Notes under the pieces: model-generated | The model's database searches: none | Told to the model about the DNA's origin: nothing | What the model saw: the letters and a program-made list of their open reading frames with translations, nothing else | Assembly: GCA_963699165.1 (NCBI GenBank) | Contig: OY969413.1 | Coordinates: 916,562-980,561 of the forward strand | Length of the DNA: 64,000 nucleotides | Reading direction: 5' to 3' | DNA from: Candidatus Kaiserbacteria bacterium | GTDB lineage: Bacteria > Patescibacteriota > Minisyncoccia > Phycocordibacterales > Phycocordibacteraceae | Position numbers and translations under genes: made by a program | In this document: in pieces, positions 55,808 to 64,000 of the stretch | Numbering within the stretch: the stretch's first letter is position 1 | How the letters are laid out: every line of letters begins with the position of its first letter

Positions 55808-58333
55808 ATGCTCGGATTGTCAGGTATCTTTTCGAAGAATCAATCCGCGGCCTTTCTGAAGGCCGCGGCGCCCGTCGTGGCGGCGGTGAACGCGTTTTCC
55901 GATGAACTGATACACGTTTCCGACGAGGAGGTGCAAAAGCGCGTTTTGGAGGTCCGCGAGCGTGCAGAGAAAGCCGGCGCAACGCCCGCGGCCGATATGC
56001 CGCTTGTATTTGCGCTTGTGCGCGAAGCGTCCCGCCGCACGCTTCGCCAGCCGCATTTCGACGTGCAGATGCTCGGAGGGCTTGCACTTGCGGAAGGCAA
56101 AATCGCCGAGATGCGAACCGGCGAGGGCAAGACGCTTGTAGCAACGCTGCCGGCAACGTTCCATGCGCTTTCAGGCAAAGGCGTGCAGGTTGTCACGGTA
56201 AACGATTATCTTGCGCGCCGCGACGCCGCATGGATGGGACAGGTGTATGCGTTTCTCCGTCTGTCCGTCGGCGTGGTCACTTCGACCGGTTCATATCGAT
56301 ACGATGCATCGCATGTCGCGAATGATGAAGATACGGAACGCGATGCCGAAGGTTCGTTTAAAGTTTTTTACGACTATCTTCGTCCCGCATCGAAGCACGA
56401 GGCCTACGCGTCCGACATTGTCTATGTCACCAACAACGAACTCGGCTTCGATTATTTGCGCGACAATACCGCATATGATGCGTCGCAAATCGTCCAGCGC
56501 GGCTACCACTACGCGATTATCGACGAAGTCGACTCCATTTTAATTGACGAAGCGCGCACCCCGCTCATTATTTCGGGTCCCGCGGGCGACTCGCAACAAC
56601 TCTATGAACGTTTTGCCGACATCGTGCGCGATATGAAGGAAGGCGTCGACTATACCATCGACGAAAAACAAAAAGCCATTCAGATTACCGAAGAGGGCAT
56701 GCATGTCGCCGAGGCGGCGCTCGGTCTTGAAAATCTCTACACCGAGGGCGGTATGAAATACGCGCATCATCTTGAGACGGCGGTGCGCGCCCAAGCGCTT
56801 TTCCATAAAGACAAGGAATACATCGTGCGCGACAACGAAATCGTAATCGTTGACGAGTTTACCGGCCGGTTGCAGCCCGGCCGCCGTTGGTCCGAAGGAT
56901 TGCATCAGGCAATCGAGGCGAAAGAGGGCGTAAAGGTGCAGGCGGAGACGCGCACATATGCAACCGTGACGTTTCAAAACTTGTTCCGCATGTATGAACG
57001 GCTTGCCGGCATGACCGGCACCGCGCTCTCGTCCGAAGAGGAATTTTATACGGTGTACAAACTCGAGGTTGTCGCCGTTCCGACCAATAAGTCGGTAGCC
57101 CGCAAGGACCACGATGACCTCATTTTCCAAACACAGGCGGGCAAGTATCGCGCCGTAGCTCGCGCCGTAAAGGAACGTCATTTGAAAGGGCAGCCCGTTT
57201 TGGTCGGCACGGTTTCAATCGAGGACAATGAGACGATAAGCGCCTATCTCGCCGAGGAAGGGGTCCCGCACGAGCTCTTGAACGCAAAAAATCACGAGCG
57301 GGAAGGCGAGATTATAGCCGAAGCGGGGAAGGAGGGGCGAGTGACGGTTGCCACGAACCTCGCGGGACGCGGCGTGGATATCAAGCTCGGGGGAGCGCTT
57401 GCTGCGAGCGAGGCGCGCGCCCGTGTCATCGAGAAGGGCGGACTTTCGGTTATCGGCACGGAACGTCACGACGCTCGGCGCATCGACAACCAGTTGCGCG
57501 GCCGTTCGGGACGCCAAGGCGATCCGGGAGAGACGAGATTCTACGTTTCTCTCGAGGACAAACTCATGCGGGTTTTCGCAACCGACACATTGAAAAAAGT
57601 GATGGGCCGGTTCGGCATTCCGGAAGACGAGCCGATTGAGAGCGCCATGATTACTCGTTCGCTCGAGACCGCCCAGGGTCGCATCGAAGGATTTAACTTC
57701 GATTCGCGCAAACAGGTTCTCGCCTACGACGATGTCATGAACACGCAACGTCTTGCTATTTATGCGCGCCGCCGCGCCGCATTGCTTGGGAGCGATGACG
57801 AAGTCGAAACGCTCGTACGGATGCTTCTCGGAGACGCCGAGGCGGCGCGGGCCGCATTCGACGCAAAAAAAACGGAACTTGGCGAAGCGTTCTTGCCGCA
57901 GCTGCGCCGGCTGCTTTTGCAGGTCATCGATACGTTTTGGCTGGAGCATCTTGAGACGATGGATTATTTGCGCCGTTCGGTCTCGCTTCGCGCCTACGGC
58001 CAGCGCGACCCTCTGATTGAGTACCGCAGGGAAGGGCTCATTCGTTTTCGACAACTCGAAGAGGGCATACGCAATTCGTTTGCGGAGGCATTGCCGCACC
58101 TGTTTTCGGTCGAAGATGCCCGCGTCCGCGCCGAAGAGGAGAGAACCCGCGCAATGCTTGAAGCCGCCGGCAAAGAAGATGCGGGTACGCCGGTTATGCA
58201 ACCGAAAAAAGCCGAACACGGCCGAAACGATTTTGTTACGATACAAAAGGGAAATGAGACACTGACGCTCAAGTTCAAAAAAGCAGAGTCCTTATTGGCG
58301 GAAGGTTGGCGAATATCGGACGGCCGCAAGTAA
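55808..58333 (+). CDS. secA: Preprotein translocase ATPase SecA
   Basis: EMRTGEGKT, VTVNDYLARRDA, DEVDSILIDEARTPLIISG, ATNLAGRGVDI, RRIDNQLRGRSGRQGDPG. Confidence 0.98.
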   Translation: MLGLSGIFSKNQSAAFLKAAAPVVAAVNAFSDELIHVSDEEVQKRVLEVRERAEKAGATPAADMPLVFALVREASRRTLRQPHFDVQMLGGLALAEGKIAEMRTGEGKTLVATLPATFHALSGKGVQVVTVNDYLARRDAAWMGQVYAFLRLSVGVVTSTGSYRYDASHVANDEDTERDAEGSFKVFYDYLRPASKHEAYASDIVYVTNNELGFDYLRDNTAYDASQIVQRGYHYAIIDEVDSILIDEARTPLIISGPAGDSQQLYERFADIVRDMKEGVDYTIDEKQKAIQITEEGMHVAEAALGLENLYTEGGMKYAHHLETAVRAQALFHKDKEYIVRDNEIVIVDEFTGRLQPGRRWSEGLHQAIEAKEGVKVQAETRTYATVTFQNLFRMYERLAGMTGTALSSEEEFYTVYKLEVVAVPTNKSVARKDHDDLIFQTQAGKYRAVARAVKERHLKGQPVLVGTVSIEDNETISAYLAEEGVPHELLNAKNHEREGEIIAEAGKEGRVTVATNLAGRGVDIKLGGALAASEARARVIEKGGLSVIGTERHDARRIDNQLRGRSGRQGDPGETRFYVSLEDKLMRVFATDTLKKVMGRFGIPEDEPIESAMITRSLETAQGRIEGFNFDSRKQVLAYDDVMNTQRLAIYARRRAALLGSDDEVETLVRMLLGDAEAARAAFDAKKTELGEAFLPQLRRLLLQVIDTFWLEHLETMDYLRRSVSLRAYGQRDPLIEYRREGLIRFRQLEEGIRNSFAEALPHLFSVEDARVRAEEERTRAMLEAAGKEDAGTPVMQPKKAEHGRNDFVTIQKGNETLTLKFKKAESLLAEGWRISDGRK

Positions 58334-58369
58334 GAGGATGTTTTTTGCCTAATGTGCTAGGGTACGTTT

Positions 58370-59344
58370 ATGGCATTTGTTGATGAGGCAAGAATATATG
58401 CGAAGTCCGGGAAAGGCGGCGACGGAGTCATTCGCTGGCTGCGCAATAAGGAAACCGCGCGAGGCGGTCCGTCTGGCGGCGATGGCGGCCGCGGCGGCAA
58501 CGTTATCTTAATCGGTGTTCGGGATTTAGCTGCGCTTGCGCACTATCGTCACGAAAAAAAATTTCATGCGGAGAACGGTGAAGCGGGAAAAGGGGAATTA
58601 AAACACGGCGCGGATGGGGCTGATCTTCTTCTCAAGGTGCCGGTCGGTACCGTGGCTCGCGTTGTTGAGTCGGGGGAGGAGTACGAAATAACCGAGGAAG
58701 ACGAACGAATCACGGTATTTGCCGGAGGCGTTGGAGGGAAGGGAAATGCGCGCTTCAAAAGCTCTACAAACCAGAATCCTTTTCAGCAAACAGCAGGCAA
58801 ACAGGGGCAGGGTGGGGATATCGAACTTACCTTAAAAATCATTGCTGATGCGGGCCTCGTGGGTCTTCCAAATGCGGGCAAGTCGTCTCTTCTTAACGCT
58901 CTCACACGGGCAAAATCAAAGATTGGCACCTATCCGTTCACGACCATAGAGCCGCACCTCGGCGATTATTATGGGTACATTTTGGCAGATATCCCCGGCC
59001 TTATAGAAGGCGCCTCGTCTGGGCGAGGTCTTGGTATTAAGTTCCTAAAACACGTAGAAAGGACTGGAATCTTATTACATCTCGTCTCGGCAGACCAAGA
59101 TGACCCTTTCAAGGCATACAGGGAAGTACGCAATGAGATAGAACTTTTCGGGCACGGATTGTCGGAGAAGCGGGAAATTATCGTTCTTTCTAAAGCGGAT
59201 CTTATCTCGCCAAAGGAGTGTGACTCAAAAATTAAGGCCCTTACTCGGGACACGGGGAGGGAGGTGCTTTCAATCTCGATTGAGGATCCGGTCTCTCTAA
59301 AAACATTCTCCCAAAAGCTTTCCGGGATTCTGAAGAAGTCCTAA
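58370..59344 (+). CDS. obgE: GTPase ObgE
   Basis: FVDEA..., GGPSGGDGGRGG, GLPNAGKS, YPFTT, DIPGLIEGAS.GRGLG..FL.HVER. Confidence 0.96.
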   Translation: MAFVDEARIYAKSGKGGDGVIRWLRNKETARGGPSGGDGGRGGNVILIGVRDLAALAHYRHEKKFHAENGEAGKGELKHGADGADLLLKVPVGTVARVVESGEEYEITEEDERITVFAGGVGGKGNARFKSSTNQNPFQQTAGKQGQGGDIELTLKIIADAGLVGLPNAGKSSLLNALTRAKSKIGTYPFTTIEPHLGDYYGYILADIPGLIEGASSGRGLGIKFLKHVERTGILLHLVSADQDDPFKAYREVRNEIELFGHGLSEKREIIVLSKADLISPKECDSKIKALTRDTGREVLSISIEDPVSLKTFSQKLSGILKKS

Positions 59345-59428
59345 CGGTACCTTTTGCGATATTCGAGAGGACATTGTGAGAGTTGGCATTTCCGGCTGGG
59401 TGCTGCATACTGCCTCTATAAAAACACT

Positions 59429-60844
59429 ATGAGGTACACCCCGACAATCGGTCTTGAAATTCACGCGGAACTTAAGACGCGAACAAAAATGTTCTGTGAT
59501 TCTGCAAATGACCCGAATGAGGTCAGGCCGAACGTTAATGTTTGTCCGGTATGCATGGCGCATCCGGGCACATTGCCCATCATTAATCGCGAAGCGGTCC
59601 GGCATGTGCTGCGAGTGGGTGCCGCACTTAACGGCAAGCTTGCGGACTTCAGCGAATTCGATCGCAAAAGTTATTTTTATCCGGATATCCCGAAAGGGTA
59701 TCAAATTAGTCAGTATGAACATCCGCTTATTACCGGCGGGGAATTGTCGGGCGTTGCAATAACGCGCGTGCATCTTGAGGAAGATACGGCACGGTCAATC
59801 CACTCGCATGGTACGAGCACGGTTGATTTTAATCGCGCCGGTATTCCGCTTATGGAACTTGTAACGGAACCCGTCATACATGATGCTGAAACGGCAGGTC
59901 GTTTTGCGCGCGAGTTGCAACTTCTTTTGCGTACGCTACAGGCCGGAGAAGCTAATCTTGAGAAGGGCGAAATGCGAATCGAAGCGAATATTTCCGTTTC
60001 TTCAGTGGATGGGATATTGGGAACAAAGGTGGAAGTAAAAAATTTAAATTCATTCCGTTCGGTTGAGCGAGCAATCGCACATGAGATTGAGCGGCAAAGT
60101 ACTTTGATTGAAAACGGAGGAAATGTCGTGCAGGAGACGCGCGGATGGAACGAGGCAAAACAAGAAACCTTCCATCAACGGTTCAAAGAGGGAAGCGCCG
60201 ACTATCGGTATTTTCCCGAGCCGGATTTGCCGAAGCTTTTGCTCTCGGACATTCCCGAATTTTCTTCAAAGACAATACGCGATTCGTTGCCTGAACTTCC
60301 CTGGGAGCGAAGTGCGCGTTACGTTCAAATATACGGACTGAAAGAAAGTGATGCGGCGTATCTTTGTTCGAGTCCCGAACGTTCGATATTTTTCGATGCG
60401 GTTACCGTAAAGCTCGAGAATAATATTCCTCAAATAGTGCTCGCTGTGAATTACATTGTTTCGGATCTTGCAGGTATATACGCGAAGCGCGGCGAAGAGG
60501 CATTCGCGGAATTCAACGCGTCGGCGTTTGCGAAACTCATTCGGCTTGTCAGCTCGGAAGTGCTCTCTTCGCGCGGGGCAAAAAATGTCTTGCAGATATT
60601 GGTAGAACAAGGAGGTGACCCGGAGGCAATCGCGAAGGAGCAAGGTCTTATCCAGATTAACGATGCTAAAGCATTGGGCGCAACGGTGGATGCCGTCCTG
60701 GCTAAGGAAGTAAAGGCAGTACAAGAATATAGGGACGGGAAACAGGCAGCGCTCCAATATCTTGTGGGAAAGGCAATGAAAGAAAGTCGAGGTGCGGGCA
60801 ATCCCGAGAACCTTCGAAAATTACTCGTTGAGAAGATTGGATAA
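59429..60844 (+). CDS. gatB: Asp/Glu-tRNA amidotransferase subunit B
   Basis: IGLEIHAEL, RKSYFYPDIPKGYQISQ, HLEEDTA, DFNRAGIPLMELVTEP, VEVKNLNSF, DYRYFPEPDL. Confidence 0.97.
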   Translation: MRYTPTIGLEIHAELKTRTKMFCDSANDPNEVRPNVNVCPVCMAHPGTLPIINREAVRHVLRVGAALNGKLADFSEFDRKSYFYPDIPKGYQISQYEHPLITGGELSGVAITRVHLEEDTARSIHSHGTSTVDFNRAGIPLMELVTEPVIHDAETAGRFARELQLLLRTLQAGEANLEKGEMRIEANISVSSVDGILGTKVEVKNLNSFRSVERAIAHEIERQSTLIENGGNVVQETRGWNEAKQETFHQRFKEGSADYRYFPEPDLPKLLLSDIPEFSSKTIRDSLPELPWERSARYVQIYGLKESDAAYLCSSPERSIFFDAVTVKLENNIPQIVLAVNYIVSDLAGIYAKRGEEAFAEFNASAFAKLIRLVSSEVLSSRGAKNVLQILVEQGGDPEAIAKEQGLIQINDAKALGATVDAVLAKEVKAVQEYRDGKQAALQYLVGKAMKESRGAGNPENLRKLLVEKIG

Positions 60845-60898
60845 TCGTAATGTGCACAACCACTTTGATACGAGCCGAGATATGTTTATACTGTAGGC

Positions 60899-61663
60899 AT
60901 GGATGAGATTCTTATAGACGAAAAAAAATACATATCGTCCAAACGAGCAGCCAAAATAACCGGTTACGCTAAGGACTATGTCGGACAGCTCTGTCGCGAA
61001 GGAAGGGTTCCTGCGCGTCTTGTTGGGCGCAGCTGGTACGTACTTGATACGGCGATCCACGACCATCGCTTCGGAAACGGGAAATCCGAGGAAGAAATAA
61101 AGGCAAATACCAGGCCAGAGCGTCCGGCGCTAACATCTTCTTGGGCAAACCCGCGTTACGAGGCGGCCAAAACTGACGTTTTACCACCGGTAAAAAGGCA
61201 CTATAAAGAAGAACATATCCCACCAGTTGAGACGCCAGCACAAGCGCCCGCGACGCTACAAGAGTCCTGGAGGGACTGGTTCAAAGAAGTTGCTGAAGTC
61301 GAACCTCAAAAATTAGTGGCAGAGCGTATGGATATTCCTGAGAAAACGGAATCGAATGCCGATTATTCAGCCGCGCCGGAAGAAGCCGGCGAAATAATAA
61401 TACCCATACGCGGCTATCGAACTCCACCTGAAGCGCTTTTGCCGAAAAATAAGGCATTTCATCATGATGAGAGTCCTGAAGAGCGGATAATACCAAAAAA
61501 AGAGTCCAGGAGAACTTTAGCAATCATTCGGATCTGCTTTTCGTCGTTTGCCATACTTTCGATTTCCGTAGCAGCAATCGGTACCGGATATTTTGATTCG
61601 CGTATCTCATCGTATCCAGGAATACGGGTTATTACAGGTGTTTCGTACTACGTTCAGAAATAG
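60899..61663 (+). CDS. HTH (excisionase/HTH_17-like) domain protein with a C-terminal TM helix
   Basis: YISSKRAAKITGYAKDYVGQLCREGRVPARLVGRSWYV; hydrophobic segment near the C-terminus. Confidence 0.8.
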   Translation: MDEILIDEKKYISSKRAAKITGYAKDYVGQLCREGRVPARLVGRSWYVLDTAIHDHRFGNGKSEEEIKANTRPERPALTSSWANPRYEAAKTDVLPPVKRHYKEEHIPPVETPAQAPATLQESWRDWFKEVAEVEPQKLVAERMDIPEKTESNADYSAAPEEAGEIIIPIRGYRTPPEALLPKNKAFHHDESPEERIIPKKESRRTLAIIRICFSSFAILSISVAAIGTGYFDSRISSYPGIRVITGVSYYVQK

Positions 61664-61982
61664 CTTATATTAAAGAGTTCTCGTCTCGCCTAAACGTGAT
61701 TCATAAAGCAAGAGTACTTAAGTACCCGGATTTCAATCTGTAGAGCCGTCGTCCAAAGCGTGTGAGCAATATAATATCCGGAATGTATTCCAATTGAATG
61801 ACATTAAGCGAGAGTATTTGCAGAGATCCACTCGGATTAGCCGATGCATTGCATATTCGGGGAATGAAGAGAAATTTTACGGATTTTTTTTGAAAGTTCA
61901 CCCGGATGCATCGTAGAACTTTCCGCCGGAACTTATCGTGCATTCGAGGTTTGTTTGGCAGATTCCGAAATAAGATTTTCGC

Positions 61983-62040
61983 GAAATTTTTCATATGAAT
62001 TCCGCATGAATCTTATCCACAGATTTGCATGAAAAATTTC
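61983..62040. promoter_or_regulatory. 12-bp inverted repeat enclosing a DnaA box
   Basis: GAAATTTTTCAT (61983-61994) / ATGAAAAATTTC (62029-62040); TTATCCACA at 62013-62021. Confidence 0.5.
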
Positions 62041-62091
62041 TAGGAAACGCCGAAATGATTAGTTATTATTTACTTAATTCGGCTAACCAAC

Positions 62092-64000
62092 ATGGATCCT
62101 TTACTCCAGAAAAAATTCATTACGACAAAGGAAGCTCGGGAGCTTTCCGGATACACTTCGGATTATCTTGCGCGACTTGCGCGCTCAGGAAAACTTATAG
62201 GCAGCAGGGTCGGAAATAGTTGGTTGATTGAAATAGAATCGCTCACCGAATTTCTCGACCACCAGGGCAATGACAAGATTGTTCGTGCGCGCGCACTTGC
62301 GCGTGCACGCGAAGCAGAGTATCGCGCTCACCGGTCGACGGCGCGGCGCGCAACGAGTGCATTGGCGAATAAATTCAAAACCGCTAAGCATGTTGACATC
62401 ACTCAGGTCTCATTGCGCTCCCATGTTGTCGCTCTATCGATTGCATTTGCCGTTATTGCTTTGGGAGCAGCTATTGCGAAATCCGCGGCGCTGCCGAAAG
62501 TTGCGGCCGACGCGGTATCGATTGCCTCGGAAATTTCTTCCGGATTTGATGATGCGTTTCTTGACGGCATTTCTTCCAACATAGTCGCGAATATAGATGC
62601 AGCTAAGAATTCCGAACAGACAGCCCCCGCGCATTTAGCAATTACAAATCCGACAACCTCGCTTGTTGTACCCGCGTCTCCCTTTCTCGCGAATGTCGCG
62701 ATTGCGCCTGTCGCGACCGGCACGGCGCCGATTTCAACCCGAGAAACTTTCCATGCAAAGACGCGCGTTACATCAGCTTTTCTTGCTACATCGCAGCTTT
62801 CTCCATATGTTCTTACGCAAACATACTTCGCGCTCGGGTTCGGTGCGTACAGTGAAATAATCAAATCGCTTTCGATCTACGAAACATGTATTGAGGATAC
62901 GGCAGTCGGGGTATTTCACTTCGGTATCGCGTCGCGTGATTTTATCGCAGCAATACCGAAGTCGGCTGTTCGCGCAGATGTTGCATTTGGCAACGCGCTC
63001 ATCGAGGCGACGCACGCTCTCATACATGCCGACGTGATACTTGCATATTGGATTGCCGCAACTGCTCCGGAAAGTGCACACGCAACCGTTTCTTTTTTGG
63101 GAAACACGGGCAATTTCTTTGCGATTTCTACCGCGCGAGCTCCGACGAGAATCGAAAGTTTGTATTCGGAAACGAATTCCATCCCGGCTGCCGTTATACC
63201 GCGCATTACGCAGATAGCGTTTGATGCCGGATATTTGGGCACATCCGTCATAGCCCATGTCGCTGAACCGTTTTCGGTTGACGTACCGGTGTCTCCGGAA
63301 AACAGGGGTGTGAAGGGCGGCGAACCGCTTGTTGCTTCCGCATTTGCCGCCGGACCCGCTCTTTCCTTCGGACAACAGACAGCGCTGACGACATACAACA
63401 CGTTCTCCGCTCTGTTTGGTTCGACAATCCGCGTGATTGGGGATGTTTTTGCCCCGCTTCCGGTCGTCATTGGAACGGCGGAAACATCGTCAGCGGTTTC
63501 GAGGCCGGTTGTTGTGGCTACGACCACTACTAAAAATTCTTCGACCACTCGCGTTGTCGCGATGTCTTCGTATCCGACGTATACTACAGTCGTAAACGGC
63601 GTTTCGCAAAATCTTTTGAACCAGTCGCTTGCGACACTTCGCGCCTATATCCTTTCGACAGTCGCCGGCGAAATCCAGCCGATAGCCGTGCAGGGGGCCA
63701 CTAACGAGACCACCATTCAGGAGGTGAACATGATTCAAGATATTTCGAACCTTACGGTTCGCAACGGCACCTTCATCGGAGGGACGTTTAATGGCAGCAA
63801 CATTGCAACGAACGAGTTCACGGTAAATGGAATTGCGACATCTACTTTCGCGAATGGCATAAATATTTCAAGCGGATGTTTTGCCGTGAACGGTGTTTGC
63901 ATCGGTTCTGGAACGGGATCCGGCACCGTAGGAAGCGGTGCGGCGGGGGAATTTGCGTATTATGCGGCTGACGGCACGATACTTTCCGCGACGTCCTCGT
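62092..64000 (+). CDS. Very large surface-type protein with N-terminal HTH and TM segment (runs off window end; absent from ORF track)
   Basis: MDPLLQKKFITTKEARELSGYTSDYLARLARSGKLIGSRVGNSWLI..., TM VVALSIAFAVIALGAAIA, then an Ala/Thr/Ser/Gly-rich region ending ATSTFANGINISSGCFAVNGVCIGSG...; appears open to the window end. Confidence 0.8.
   Translation, partial: MDPLLQKKFITTKEARELSGYTSDYLARLARSGKLIGSRVGNSWLIEIESLTEFLDHQGNDKIVRARALARAREAEYRAHRSTARRATSALANKFKTAKHVDITQVSLRSHVVALSIAFAVIALGAAIAKSAALPKVAADAVSIASEISSGFDDAFLDGISSNIVANIDAAKNSEQTAPAHLAITNPTTSLVVPASPFLANVAIAPVATGTAPISTRETFHAKTRVTSAFLATSQLSPYVLTQTYFALGFGAYSEIIKSLSIYETCIEDTAVGVFHFGIASRDFIAAIPKSAVRADVAFGNALIEATHALIHADVILAYWIAATAPESAHATVSFLGNTGNFFAISTARAPTRIESLYSETNSIPAAVIPRITQIAFDAGYLGTSVIAHVAEPFSVDVPVSPENRGVKGGEPLVASAFAAGPALSFGQQTALTTYNTFSALFGSTIRVIGDVFAPLPVVIGTAETSSAVSRPVVVATTTTKNSSTTRVVAMSSYPTYTTVVNGVSQNLLNQSLATLRAYILSTVAGEIQPIAVQGATNETTIQEVNMIQDISNLTVRNGTFIGGTFNGSNIATNEFTVNGIATSTFANGINISSGCFAVNGVCIGSGTGSGTVGSGAAGEFAYYAADGTILSATSS

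Noticed and set aside
61701-61994. 97-aa minus-strand ORF
   Set aside because: No motif, atypical composition, and overlaps palindromic regulatory-looking DNA.

Overview
Window from a small-genome bacterium that looks like Patescibacteria/CPR (Parcubacteria-like). This is inferred from gene content, Shine-Dalgarno-poor starts with -10 boxes about 6-8 nt upstream, a stand-alone VirD4-like ATPase and a giant HTH-headed surface protein. The genetic code is standard code 11. Layout: (1) 1-~5.4 kb prophage-like segment: large terminase cut by the window edge, small terminase, two DNA methyltransferases and hypotheticals. (2) rsmI, a VirD4/TraD-like ATPase and a ComEA-PKD protein. (3) A ~45 kb surface-glycan locus (9.8-54.5 kb) with GT4/GT2/GT9/GT47-like transferases, many methyltransferases, a pseudaminic-acid-like nonulosonate pathway, a three-gene ATP-citrate-lyase-like module, an ABC flippase and an O-antigen-ligase-like protein; it is interrupted by an IS481 element and several broken genes. 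(4) murB, a 17-aa Lys-rich micro-ORF, secA, obgE, gatB and two HTH proteins, the second a very long surface protein running off the window. The most striking unexplained structure is a family of palindrome-ended elements (NCNCGTTAGARAT...ATYTCTAACGNGN) flanked by TGAA direct repeats. They sit exactly at glycosyltransferase start codons and rebuild the start codon. One copy carries a GIY-YIG nuclease (29434-29710); two are 80-bp in-frame tandem miniatures (11841-12004).
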